64,000 bases of DNA. It comes from Phycisphaerales bacterium. Its GTDB lineage: Bacteria; Planctomycetota; Phycisphaerae; Phycisphaerales; UBA1924. The position numbers and the translations under genes were made by a program. Positions 1 through 8,465 of this stretch are shown here, in pieces (positions within the stretch are counted from its first letter, which is position 1; the number at the start of each line of letters is the position of its first letter). The DNA lies in assembly GCA_020846975.1 (NCBI GenBank), contig JADLCX010000022.1, positions 30,104 through 94,103 on the forward strand, written 5' to 3'. Under the pieces are notes generated by a model. The model saw nothing but the letters and a program-made list of their open reading frames with translations, had not been told where the DNA came from and did no database searches.

Positions 1-1926
1 GTGGGCGCAACCGCATCCGCGCAGGCGAGCCTGACGCGGATGGGATCGTCCGACACAGCCTCGCCGCTGGTGTTTCAGCGGTTGATGCGGGAGGCGGATG
101 GGGCCAAGCCGGGAGCGTTCATCTGGAGGCCGGCGGCGGGCGAGGGCGCTGGGCTGAGCGCTCCGACGTTCTCCGTCAAACCCGGTGAGAGGCCCGCCGC
201 GGATGGCGAGATCAGGTTCAGGGTATCGAACCCGGGCGACAGGCCGATCAAGCTGACGATGAAACTGCTCCGGCCGTTCAGCGAGGATGAGTTGAAGCCG
301 CTGATCGATGCCGCGAAGCTCGATGAGGCCGGGGAGGACAAGCCGCGCGATCCGGCCGAGGTCGAGGCCGAGGTGCGGGGCCGGGACAACCCGAACTACA
401 AGGTGTACTTCCGTGTCAACGACGGCACGAGCGTGGTCTCGACGACGATCCCGCCAGACCGGGCGCGGGATGCGGATGCCCCGCCGTTCGATGTCACGCT
501 CGACATCAACCGGATGGACAGCGGCCGCTCGTGGACCAAGTCCTCTGCGGGCACGCTCTACGGGTGGTACACCGGCATGGCGTACCTCCTGCCGATTCTG
601 GGCGGCCTGCTCGCCGACCGGCTGATCGGCACGCACCGCTCGATGATCGTGGGCGCGCTGTTGATCTCGCTGGGGCACATCGTGCTGGGCCTGTCGGGGC
701 TGGGGAGCATGGCCCTGGATTCCAGGGGCATGAGCGTGTTCATCTTCGGCCTCGCGCTGATCACCATCGGCACGGGCCACTTCAAGCCGAGCGTGTCGGT
801 GATGGTCGGGCAGCTCTACCAGCAGGGCGACCCGCGGCGCGAGGGCGCGTTCAGCATCTTCTACATGGGCATCAACACCGGGGCGTTCCTGTGCAACCTG
901 GTGTGCGGGTACCTGGCGGTGAAGTACGGCTGGCACTACGGGTTCGCGGCGGCGGCCGTCGGGATGATCCTGGGGCTGGTCTGCTACCTGATCGGCCGGC
1001 CGATCTTCCTCGCCGGAGTGGGCGAGCCGACGGCCGAGCAGGTCTCGCGTGGCTTGGCGAGGAAGGCCTGGGTCTTCCTGCCGACGGGCATCGCGGCCGC
1101 GGCGGGCGTGGCGGCGCTGTTCGATGCGGGCGTGCTGGGGATGTTCGACGCGTTCATGAGCAAGGCGTGGGTCTTCACCACGCTGATCGTGCTGAGCGTC
1201 GCGTACGCGGCGTGGTTCATCGGCAAGCAGGAACCCGGCGACCGCGGGCCGGTGGCGACGATCTTCATCTACATGCTCTTCAACGCGGTCTTCTGGCTGA
1301 GTTTCGAGCAGGCCGGCTCGTCGCTGACAACGTTCACCGACGAACTGACCGATCGGCGGCTGGGCTTCATCTGGGATGTCGTGCCCACGCCGCAGTTCCA
1401 GTCGATCAACCCGCTGCTGATCATCCTGCTGGCGCCGATTTTCGGCGTGGTGTGGGTCGCGCTGGCGCGTCGCGGCAAGTCGTTCGGCCAGCCGTACAAG
1501 ATCGGCATGGGGCTGATCTTCGTCGGACTGGGCTACATCGTGATGTTCTTCGCGGCCCAGCGGCTCAACACGGGCATCGCCAAGGTGAGCATGATCTACA
1601 TCTGCGGGTGCTACTTCCTGCACACGGTCGGGGAGATCATCCTCTCGCCGACGGGCCTGTCGTACGTCTCCAAGACCGCCCCGGCCCGGCACGCCTCGGG
1701 GCTGATGGGGATCTGGTTCATCTCCTCGTTCGTGGCGGGGCTGGCGGCGGGCAAGGTCAGCGCGCTGGTCGATCCGATCATCGAGGGCAAGGTCGAGCTG
1801 CCGTGGAAGTTCGGCGGCCAGGCCGACTTCTTCCTGCTGTTCGTGGTCTCCTCGTGCGCGGCGGGGATCGTGATCCTGCTGGCCGGGCCGCTCCTGACGC
1901 GGATGCAGAGGAACCGGCAGGACTGA
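1..1926 (+). CDS. Proton-dependent oligopeptide transporter (POT/PTR2 family), 5'-partial, with a ~190-aa non-membrane region before the PTR2 signature
   Basis: The ORF is open from base 1. The PTR2-type region GWYTGMAYLLPILGGLLADRLIGTHRSMIVGALLISLGHIVLG and FYMGINTGAF is followed by many hydrophobic helices up to the stop at 1924-1926. Confidence 0.85.
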   Translation: MGATASAQASLTRMGSSDTASPLVFQRLMREADGAKPGAFIWRPAAGEGAGLSAPTFSVKPGERPAADGEIRFRVSNPGDRPIKLTMKLLRPFSEDELKPLIDAAKLDEAGEDKPRDPAEVEAEVRGRDNPNYKVYFRVNDGTSVVSTTIPPDRARDADAPPFDVTLDINRMDSGRSWTKSSAGTLYGWYTGMAYLLPILGGLLADRLIGTHRSMIVGALLISLGHIVLGLSGLGSMALDSRGMSVFIFGLALITIGTGHFKPSVSVMVGQLYQQGDPRREGAFSIFYMGINTGAFLCNLVCGYLAVKYGWHYGFAAAAVGMILGLVCYLIGRPIFLAGVGEPTAEQVSRGLARKAWVFLPTGIAAAAGVAALFDAGVLGMFDAFMSKAWVFTTLIVLSVAYAAWFIGKQEPGDRGPVATIFIYMLFNAVFWLSFEQAGSSLTTFTDELTDRRLGFIWDVVPTPQFQSINPLLIILLAPIFGVVWVALARRGKSFGQPYKIGMGLIFVGLGYIVMFFAAQRLNTGIAKVSMIYICGCYFLHTVGEIILSPTGLSYVSKTAPARHASGLMGIWFISSFVAGLAAGKVSALVDPIIEGKVELPWKFGGQADFFLLFVVSSCAAGIVILLAGPLLTRMQRNRQD

Positions 1927-2189
1927 GGGGGAAGGGCCGAGGAGAGAACGGGAAGGACCGAGGGCCGAGGTTCAAGGCCGGAGCAAGGACGGGGCTCCGG
2001 AAATCGACCGCTCGGGGCGCGGGGATGATCGGTGGCGCGGACTCTATCGAGATGACCGGCGCGGTGTGCCGGATAACGCTCGCGGCGCGAGGCGCAGCCC
2101 GGCCGTAGCGTCGCGCCGTGCGCTGTGGGCCGCTCCCTGACGGTCGCGGTTCGGGTCTGCCCCTGGGTCCGGCCCTGGGTCTTGCGGCG

Positions 2190-2840
2190 ACTTTCCGAGA
2201 ATCCGGTGCCGAAGTGCGAGATCGCGGCGCGGGAAACGGAGAAGGACGGACCGCCAGGGCGGTGCGGGGTATACCGGGAGCGACTGCACGACCTTCAGCG
2301 GCACGAGCGTGGCCGCGCCGTTCGCGGCGGGGTGCTCTGATCTGGTCGGCGTACCCGCAATGGAAGGATGACGGGATCGTGAACCTGATGCGGTTCTACG
2401 CGACGGACCTGGGGGCGAACGGGTACGACACCGGCTACGGCTGGGGCCTGCCGAACATGAACGACGCGATCCGCGCGGTGTTCCCGCAGAACAACTGGTG
2501 CGACCCGGCGACGACGATCGGCACGGCGGCGTACAACCCGACACCGTACTCGACCGGCAACGCCAGCGAGGTTCCCGAGGAGCTCAACGACTCGTGCGTG
2601 CCGATCAACGTGGGGGTGAGCCACAGCGTGTGGTACCGGCACATCGTGCCGTGCGACGGTGAGCTGGACATCAACACCAACGGGAGCGGCTACGACACGG
2701 TGGTCAGCGTGATGGTCGGCTCGGGTGCTTCATTGCTTGATGGAGTGGAACGATCGGCCGAGCGAGACTTGTTGTCTCCGCGGCGACAAGGGCGACTGCG
2801 AAGAACTGCGTCGGAGACGCGGGGTACCCGAAGGGGTCCG
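2190..2840 (+). pseudogene. Remnant of a subtilisin-like (S8) serine peptidase C-terminal part, split over several frames and lacking the Asp/His catalytic region
   Basis: The catalytic-Ser motif TFSGTSVAAPFAAG (2291-2332) lies in one frame. The expected continuation ALIWSAYPQWKDDGIVNLMRFYATDLGANGYDTGYGWGLPNMNDAIRAV lies in another. Upstream pieces SGAEV and EIAA sit in two further frames. Only ~120 codons of space exist after the POT stop. Confidence 0.55.
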
Positions 2841-3773
2841 CTATTTCTTGCCGAAGAACGCGGCGATGGCGGCGCGGCCGGGTTCGGTGCTGCGGAGCCG
2901 CGTGAGTTCGCGGCGTTCGACTTCGAGGGCGGCGGGCCAACCTTCGCGGAGGCCGGCGCGGATCGCCTTGACGCAGGCACGGGCGGCGTCGGTATCGGGG
3001 AGCGCGGGTTCGACGGTGTCGATCGCCGCCTCGCACCGGGCCTTGTGCTCGGGTCGGCCGATCCAGCGGCTGGGCTGACCATCGCGGCGCGAGAAGCGGG
3101 CGCGATGATCGCTGATCCACCCAACCGCGGTCGCGTGGAGCGATTCGGGCGAGGGCGCGACGGCATCGAAGAGGTTGGCGGCGCGGGCCTCATCGAAGTT
3201 GAGGGTCTTGCCGGCGGCGGTGCGCTGCACCGCGTCGGCGGCGTCCATGCGTGCCGGGAGGAGGTTGGTGCCGCCCCAGCCGGGGCAGATCGAGAGGCCG
3301 GCCTCGGGGAGCCCGATGGGGTAGGGCTTTCCGGAAGCGGAAGGGGCGGCGATGAGGGCATCGCAGTGCATCGCGATTTCGAGGCCGCCGCCGAGGGCCG
3401 CGCCGTTGATGGCGGCCACCGTGGGGCAGGGGAAATCGCAGAACATGCCGAAAACCCGCTGGCCGTAGGCGAGGTACGAATCGAGACGGTCGTCGTTCCA
3501 GCCCTGCGAGCCGGGGGTGAGAGGAGATTGGATGGTCTTGAGGTCGGCGCCCGCGACAAAGACGCGCGGAGAGTTGCTGGCAAGGATGAGGCCGGTGCAA
3601 CCTTGCCTGCGGATGTCGAGCAGGGCGGACTCGATGCGGCGGATCAGGTCGTGGTCGAGGACGACCATCGGGTGGGGGGGGCTTGGGGATTGATCGAGCC
3701 GCAGCGTGACGATTCCGGTGCTGGCATCGCGATCGATCGGGAGGGGCGGGAGCGTAGGGGCGGTGGTCGTCAT
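2841..3773 (-). CDS. Enoyl-CoA hydratase/isomerase (crotonase) family protein with a C-terminal extension
   Basis: Crotonase core VFVAGADLK ... AAINGAALGGGLEIAMHCD ... GLPEAGLSICPGWGGT. ATG at 3771-3773, in frame with the long shadow-extended ORF. Confidence 0.8.
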   Translation of the reverse strand: MTTTAPTLPPLPIDRDASTGIVTLRLDQSPSPPHPMVVLDHDLIRRIESALLDIRRQGCTGLILASNSPRVFVAGADLKTIQSPLTPGSQGWNDDRLDSYLAYGQRVFGMFCDFPCPTVAAINGAALGGGLEIAMHCDALIAAPSASGKPYPIGLPEAGLSICPGWGGTNLLPARMDAADAVQRTAAGKTLNFDEARAANLFDAVAPSPESLHATAVGWISDHRARFSRRDGQPSRWIGRPEHKARCEAAIDTVEPALPDTDAARACVKAIRAGLREGWPAALEVERRELTRLRSTEPGRAAIAAFFGKK

Positions 3774-3815
3774 GCGCGATGGTAGCGGCGGGGGAAGGCC
3801 CATACCGTTCCGGTG

Positions 3816-4547
3816 ATGGCGGACACACCCCCCTTTCAACGCACGCTTGTCGGCACCAGAGAGGGCTACGACCAGTGGTCGGAGGTGTACGACACGGATG
3901 GGAATCCGCTGATCGCGCTGGAAGAGCCGTGTGTGCAGCGACTGATAGGTCGAGCGTCGGGGCTGCGGATCGCGGACATCGGGTGCGGTACCGGACGGCA
4001 CGCGACGCGGCTGGCTCAAGCCGGCGCGGTGGTGACGGCGGTGGATTTTTCGGAGGGGATGCTGGCGCGGGCGCGTCGGAAGGCGGGGGCGGAGCGGGTA
4101 GAGTGGGTGGTGCACGATCTTGGGGCCGCGCTGCCGCTGGCGAGCGCGGCGTTCGACCGGGTGCTGTGCGCGCTGGTGCTCGACCACATCGTGGACTGCG
4201 ACGGGCTGTTCTGCGAGTTCGCGAGGATTGTGCGGCCCGCGAGCGAAGACGGACGGGTGGTGGTGTCGGTGATGCACCCGGCGATGATGCTGCGCGGCGT
4301 GCAGGCGCGGTTCAACCATCCGGCGAGCGGAGAGAAGGTGCATGTCGAGAGCGTCGCGAACCAGATCAGCGACTATGTGCTCGCGGCGGCACGGGCGGGG
4401 CTGCGGATCACGCACATGAGCGAGCACATCGCGGACGAGGCGCTTGCCGCCAGAACTTCGCGGGCCGAGCAGCACCTCGGATGGCCCATGCTGCTGATGA
4501 TGGGGATGGAAAGGGTCAGCGAGGACCGGGGGCCCGTGTCCGGTTGA
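3816..4547 (+). CDS. Class I SAM-dependent methyltransferase
   Basis: Motif I DIGCGTGRHATRLAQAGAVVTAVDFSEGML. GTG at 3813 is immediately followed by ATG at 3816. Confidence 0.8.
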   Translation: MADTPPFQRTLVGTREGYDQWSEVYDTDGNPLIALEEPCVQRLIGRASGLRIADIGCGTGRHATRLAQAGAVVTAVDFSEGMLARARRKAGAERVEWVVHDLGAALPLASAAFDRVLCALVLDHIVDCDGLFCEFARIVRPASEDGRVVVSVMHPAMMLRGVQARFNHPASGEKVHVESVANQISDYVLAAARAGLRITHMSEHIADEALAARTSRAEQHLGWPMLLMMGMERVSEDRGPVSG

Positions 4548-4604
4548 CTCTCCGGCTCCGCCCGGGCGTGGTCTGTGGTCGTTGCCGTCTTCGTGTGCAA
4601 CCCG

Positions 4605-5360
4605 TCAAGACAGCTTCGCCCGGAGCATGGCCTGCGCTTCGGGCATCGCCAGAACACCGGCGGAGAGTTCGGCGGCGCGCCTTGCGAGCGTCGCATCGAG
4701 GGAACCGTCGAGATCGTTGAGCAACGACTTGGTCGCCCGAAGGGCGCCAGGTCCTCCGGTGGCCAGCTTGGCGGCGAGCGCGGATGCGGCAGGGTCGAGT
4801 TCCTCACGGGTTTCGACGACGTGATCGACCAAGCCCGCCGCGGCGGCATCCCGGCCGGACATCAGGCCGCCGCGGAGCAGGATCGAACGAGCTCGGCCGG
4901 GGCCGACTTTTCGAGCGAGCCAAGGCGCGACGACGGCGGGACAAACGCCCAGATCGACCTCGGGGAAACCCATCTTGGAGTCGGCGTGGGTGATCGCGAG
5001 GTCGCAAACGGTGGCGAGGCCGCAGCCGCCGCCGATGGCCGCGCCATTGACCACGGCGATGGTGACGGCGGGGAGGGCGCGGAGCTTGAGCGTGAACTCG
5101 GAGAGGAGCGAGAGCAGCGTCAGCGGTGCGCCCGGGACATCGAGCACTTGCTTGAGGTCCATGCCGGCGCAGAAGGCCTTGCCCGTGCCGGTGAGGATGA
5201 CGATGTGGATGTCGCCAGCGGACTTGATGCGCGCGGCCAGTTCGCCGGTGCGGTCGTGCATCGCCCTCAGAAGGTCGATGGAGAGGGCGTTACGCGACTC
5301 GGGTCGGTTGAGCGCGAGCGTGGCGAGCGGGGGGGCGAACGTGAGGGTGGCGAGGTGCAT
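4605..5360 (-). CDS. Enoyl-CoA hydratase/isomerase family protein
   Basis: LNRPESRNALS ... GKAFCAGMDLK ... AVVNGAAIGGGCGLATVCD ... GFPEVDLGV. The start lies 3 nt after the stop of the upstream crotonase gene. Confidence 0.85.
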   Translation of the reverse strand: MHLATLTFAPPLATLALNRPESRNALSIDLLRAMHDRTGELAARIKSAGDIHIVILTGTGKAFCAGMDLKQVLDVPGAPLTLLSLLSEFTLKLRALPAVTIAVVNGAAIGGGCGLATVCDLAITHADSKMGFPEVDLGVCPAVVAPWLARKVGPGRARSILLRGGLMSGRDAAAAGLVDHVVETREELDPAASALAAKLATGGPGALRATKSLLNDLDGSLDATLARRAAELSAGVLAMPEAQAMLRAKLS

Positions 5361-5363
5361 GGG

Positions 5364-6107
5364 CTAAGACCACAGGGCTTGGAGGCGATGGCGCTCTTCG
5401 GGCGAGCCGACGAGGTTGAGGGAAGCTTGCAGCGCGGGTTTGGCTTGTGCGGCTGCGCCGTCGAGTTCGTTGAGCCAGTTCTTGGTGGCGATGAGGCCGC
5501 AGGCGGGCTTGGCGGCGAGTTGGGCGGCGAAGGTGCTGGCGAGTTCGGGCACCTGCTCGGCGGTGGGGGAAAGAGTGTGGGCGAGGCCGAGCCGGAAGGC
5601 TTCGGAACCGCTGAAAATCTGGCCGCCGAGGAGCTTGTCGCGGGTGGGGCCGTGGCCGATGGCCTGCGCAAGGAAAGGAGCGTTAACGGCGGGAGAAATG
5701 CCGAGGCGGACGACGGGGTAGCCGAACTTGCACTCGGCATGGGTGACGACGATGTCGGCTCCCGCGAGCAGCGCGCAGCCGCCGGCGATGGCGGCACCGT
5801 GGGCGGCGGCGACAATCGGCGCGCGAACATCACGCATGAGGCGGATGACGCTGGAGAGGCCGGTGAGCAGGTCGGCGAGGGCGCGGGAGTCGTCCTTGCA
5901 GAGCGAGAGGTCGAATCCGGAGCAGAACGTCGAGCCCGCGCCGGCAAGCACGACCGCGGCGGCCTTCTGGCTCGCGGTGGTGAGTGCTGAGCAGAGGTCG
6001 TCGAGCATCGCCGGGGTCATGGCGTTCTTCTTGTCGGCGCGGTTGAGGCGTACGACGGCCACGGGACGCGGCGCGGCGTGCGACGGGAGCCAGTCGGTGC
6101 GGATCAC
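5364..6107 (-). CDS. Enoyl-CoA hydratase/isomerase family protein (possible methylglutaconyl-CoA hydratase-type)
   Basis: LNRADKKNAMT ... GSTFCSGFDLS ... AAAHGAAIAGGCALLAGADI ... GYPVVRLGISP. GTG start at 6105-6107 overlaps the TGA stop of the HMG-CoA lyase gene (GTGA). Confidence 0.8.
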   Translation of the reverse strand: MIRTDWLPSHAAPRPVAVVRLNRADKKNAMTPAMLDDLCSALTTASQKAAAVVLAGAGSTFCSGFDLSLCKDDSRALADLLTGLSSVIRLMRDVRAPIVAAAHGAAIAGGCALLAGADIVVTHAECKFGYPVVRLGISPAVNAPFLAQAIGHGPTRDKLLGGQIFSGSEAFRLGLAHTLSPTAEQVPELASTFAAQLAAKPACGLIATKNWLNELDGAAAQAKPALQASLNLVGSPEERHRLQALWS

Positions 6108-7099
6108 GCGTTGGCCCCCCCGGCGGTTGTCGATGCGGCGCGGAGCCGGGCGTCGTTGACGATCTTCGCGGCGAATCGGCCCGCTTGTTCGAGCCTGTCG
6201 AGATCGACGCCGGTGGCGTAGCCTGCCTCGTGGATGGTTCGGACGAGGGTTTGCGTCGAAATGTTGCCGGGAGCGCGCTTGCCGGGTGTGCTGGCGTAGG
6301 GGCAGCCGCCGAGGCCTGAGACCGCGCCGTCGAACGAGCGCACGCCCATGTCCAGCGCGACCTTCACGCACTCCGCCGCACGGCCAAAGGTGTCGTGGAG
6401 GTGCATGGTCAGGTCCCAGGATTCGCCGCGAAACGGGGATGCGATCGGTCCAAACCTCGCGGTCATGGAATCGAGCAGCCCACGCAGCGTGCTTGGACCC
6501 GCGGCGCCGATGGTGTCACCCAGCGCGATGTGGTCGATACCGAGGTTTATGAGTTTCGCGGCGACGTCAACCACACGCTCGGGTGCGATGGACCCTTCAA
6601 AGGGGCAGGCAAAGGCGCAGGAGATGTACCCTCGAAGGTGCAGGCCGTGCACGCGAGCGTGCTCGACGACCGGCTTGAACCTCTCGAGCGTCTCGGCGAC
6701 TGTCGCGTTGGTGTTCTTCCTGGCGAAGGTCTCGCTGGCGGCGGTAAACACCGAGATGTGCGTGGGTCCGCTGTCGCCGAGTTCACGCAGGGCGTCCAGG
6801 CCGCGCTCGTTGGGAACCAGGGCGGAGTAGACGGGTTGCTGCGGCGGTTGATCGCCTTGTCGGGGGGCGACCTTCCATCGCTCCGAGTTCGCGGCCGCGA
6901 CTCCGCGGAACACGGCCACGGCATCGCCCAACTGTGGAACCCACTTCGGCGAGACGAAACTGCTCACCTCGATCTCGTCCACGCCGGTGTCGGTCAGCAG
7001 GCGTACAAGCTCGACCTTCTGTTCGGTCGGAATCACGCCCGGCTCGTTCTGAAGGCCGTCGCGGGGTGAGACATCGGTGATACGGACTTGGTCGGGCAT
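6104..7099 (-). CDS. Hydroxymethylglutaryl-CoA lyase
   Basis: MPDQVRITDVSPRDGLQNE at the N-terminus, HLHDTFG and GLGGCPYA motifs. The ATG at 7097-7099 is preferred over the GTG at 7132. Confidence 0.85.
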   Translation of the reverse strand: MPDQVRITDVSPRDGLQNEPGVIPTEQKVELVRLLTDTGVDEIEVSSFVSPKWVPQLGDAVAVFRGVAAANSERWKVAPRQGDQPPQQPVYSALVPNERGLDALRELGDSGPTHISVFTAASETFARKNTNATVAETLERFKPVVEHARVHGLHLRGYISCAFACPFEGSIAPERVVDVAAKLINLGIDHIALGDTIGAAGPSTLRGLLDSMTARFGPIASPFRGESWDLTMHLHDTFGRAAECVKVALDMGVRSFDGAVSGLGGCPYASTPGKRAPGNISTQTLVRTIHEAGYATGVDLDRLEQAGRFAAKIVNDARLRAASTTAGGANA

Positions 7100-7142
7100 G
7101 GTGCAAGGCCGCGGCGGCCCGCTCGCTGACACTCGGGGTTCG

Positions 7143-8429
7143 TTACGTGGTGTAGTCCGCGTTGATCCGCACGTACTTGTCGCTGAGGTCGCAGCCGAGC
7201 ATCCAGCCCGTGCCCGGGCCGCGGCCGACAGTCAGCGCACACTGAACGAGGTCGAGGCTCATCGCGGCGACAATCTTCGGGTCGTTTCGGGCAACACCCG
7301 TGGGCACGCCGCCGCGGTAGACCTCGACGCCGCCGATCGCCAGAGAAGCATCCGCGGTGTCGAAACGGACGCCCGCATTACCCGCGGCGGTGACGATCCG
7401 CCCCCAGTTGGGGTCCTTGCCGTGGATGGCGCACTTGACCAGCGGCGAATCGACGACAGCGCGGGCGATCCGCACGGCTTCGTCATGGGTGTTCGCACCG
7501 CGGACCTCGACTCGGAAGATGCGCGTCGCGCCCTCACCATCGCGTACAACCTGACGGGCGAGGTCCTGACAAATGGCCGTGAGCGCGGCCTTGAACGCGA
7601 AGTACTCCGGGTCGTCGCGGTGGATCATCCGCACCGGAGCTGCGCCGCTGGCCATGAGCACGACGGTGTCGGAACAGCTCGGATGGGCATCAACGCTGAC
7701 GCGGTCGAAGCTCTCGCGGCATGCTTCTTCGAGCGCGGCTTGCAGACAGGGCTGTTCGACCGCCGCGTCGGTGGTGATGAACGCGAGCATGGTCGCGTGC
7801 GGCACCACGTTTCCGGCGGAATCGAGTTGGGGTGCGATCATACCCGAACCTTTGCCGATCGCGCCGAGGTGGACATGGTGCCGCTCGAGCTCGAACTCGC
7901 GGTGGGCCGCTTTGGGCACGAGATCGGTCGTCATGATGGCCGCGGCGGCGGCATCGTCGGCCATCTCGCCGCGAGCAAGGGCTTGGACGAGCGCGGGAAC
8001 GGCGGCGTTGATCTTGTCAACGGGGAGGCGGTGCCCGATGATGCCGGTGCTGCTGGGCAGGACTTCATCGGGCGTGCAGCGAAGCCCGCTCGCGACCGCC
8101 TGCATCGTGGCGATCGCGTCGTCAATGCCCGGTTGACCGGTGGCGGCGTTGGAGCAACCGGCGTTGACGAGCAAGGCCCGCAGGGCGCGGCCACCCTTGC
8201 CCTGCGATGCTCGCCAGCGCCGGCCGATCTCGACGGGCGCGCCGACGACGACGTTGCGTGTGAAGACCGCGGCGGCGGAGTGTCGGCGCTCGATCGCGTG
8301 ACCGTGAGCGCCGAGCGAAGCGGGTGTCGTCGGGTCGCAGGTGATCAGCGCGAGGTCGGGCTTGCCCGAGGGCTTGAGCCCGGCGGTCGTGGCGGCAGCG
8401 CGAAATCCGAGGGGACGGGTGATCGACAA
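7143..8429 (-). CDS. argJ: Bifunctional glutamate N-acetyltransferase / amino-acid acetyltransferase (ornithine acetyltransferase)
   Basis: PLGFRAAATTAGLKPSGKPDLALI at the N-terminus, self-cleavage region ATMLAFITTDA, C-terminal INADYTT. TTG start at 8429 with GGAG about 9 nt upstream. Confidence 0.9.
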   Translation of the reverse strand: MSITRPLGFRAAATTAGLKPSGKPDLALITCDPTTPASLGAHGHAIERRHSAAAVFTRNVVVGAPVEIGRRWRASQGKGGRALRALLVNAGCSNAATGQPGIDDAIATMQAVASGLRCTPDEVLPSSTGIIGHRLPVDKINAAVPALVQALARGEMADDAAAAAIMTTDLVPKAAHREFELERHHVHLGAIGKGSGMIAPQLDSAGNVVPHATMLAFITTDAAVEQPCLQAALEEACRESFDRVSVDAHPSCSDTVVLMASGAAPVRMIHRDDPEYFAFKAALTAICQDLARQVVRDGEGATRIFRVEVRGANTHDEAVRIARAVVDSPLVKCAIHGKDPNWGRIVTAAGNAGVRFDTADASLAIGGVEVYRGGVPTGVARNDPKIVAAMSLDLVQCALTVGRGPGTGWMLGCDLSDKYVRINADYTT

Positions 8430-8465
8430 GGGCGTGGTCTCCGATGAAACACGAGGATATCACGC

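Noticed and set aside
1927-2100. Purine-rich GGCCGAGG / GGACCGAG k-mer repeats after the POT stop as a third member of the k-mer-palindrome family.
   Set aside because: I could find only a short CCGGAG ... CTCCGG hairpin (1978-2000) and no long complementary arm. The similarity to the 51893 and 54296 elements is stylistic only.
2118-3785. The 555-aa plus-strand ORF taken as one gene.
   Set aside because: Its first part is one frame of a frameshifted subtilase remnant. The rest is antisense to a well-supported crotonase gene (2841-3773).
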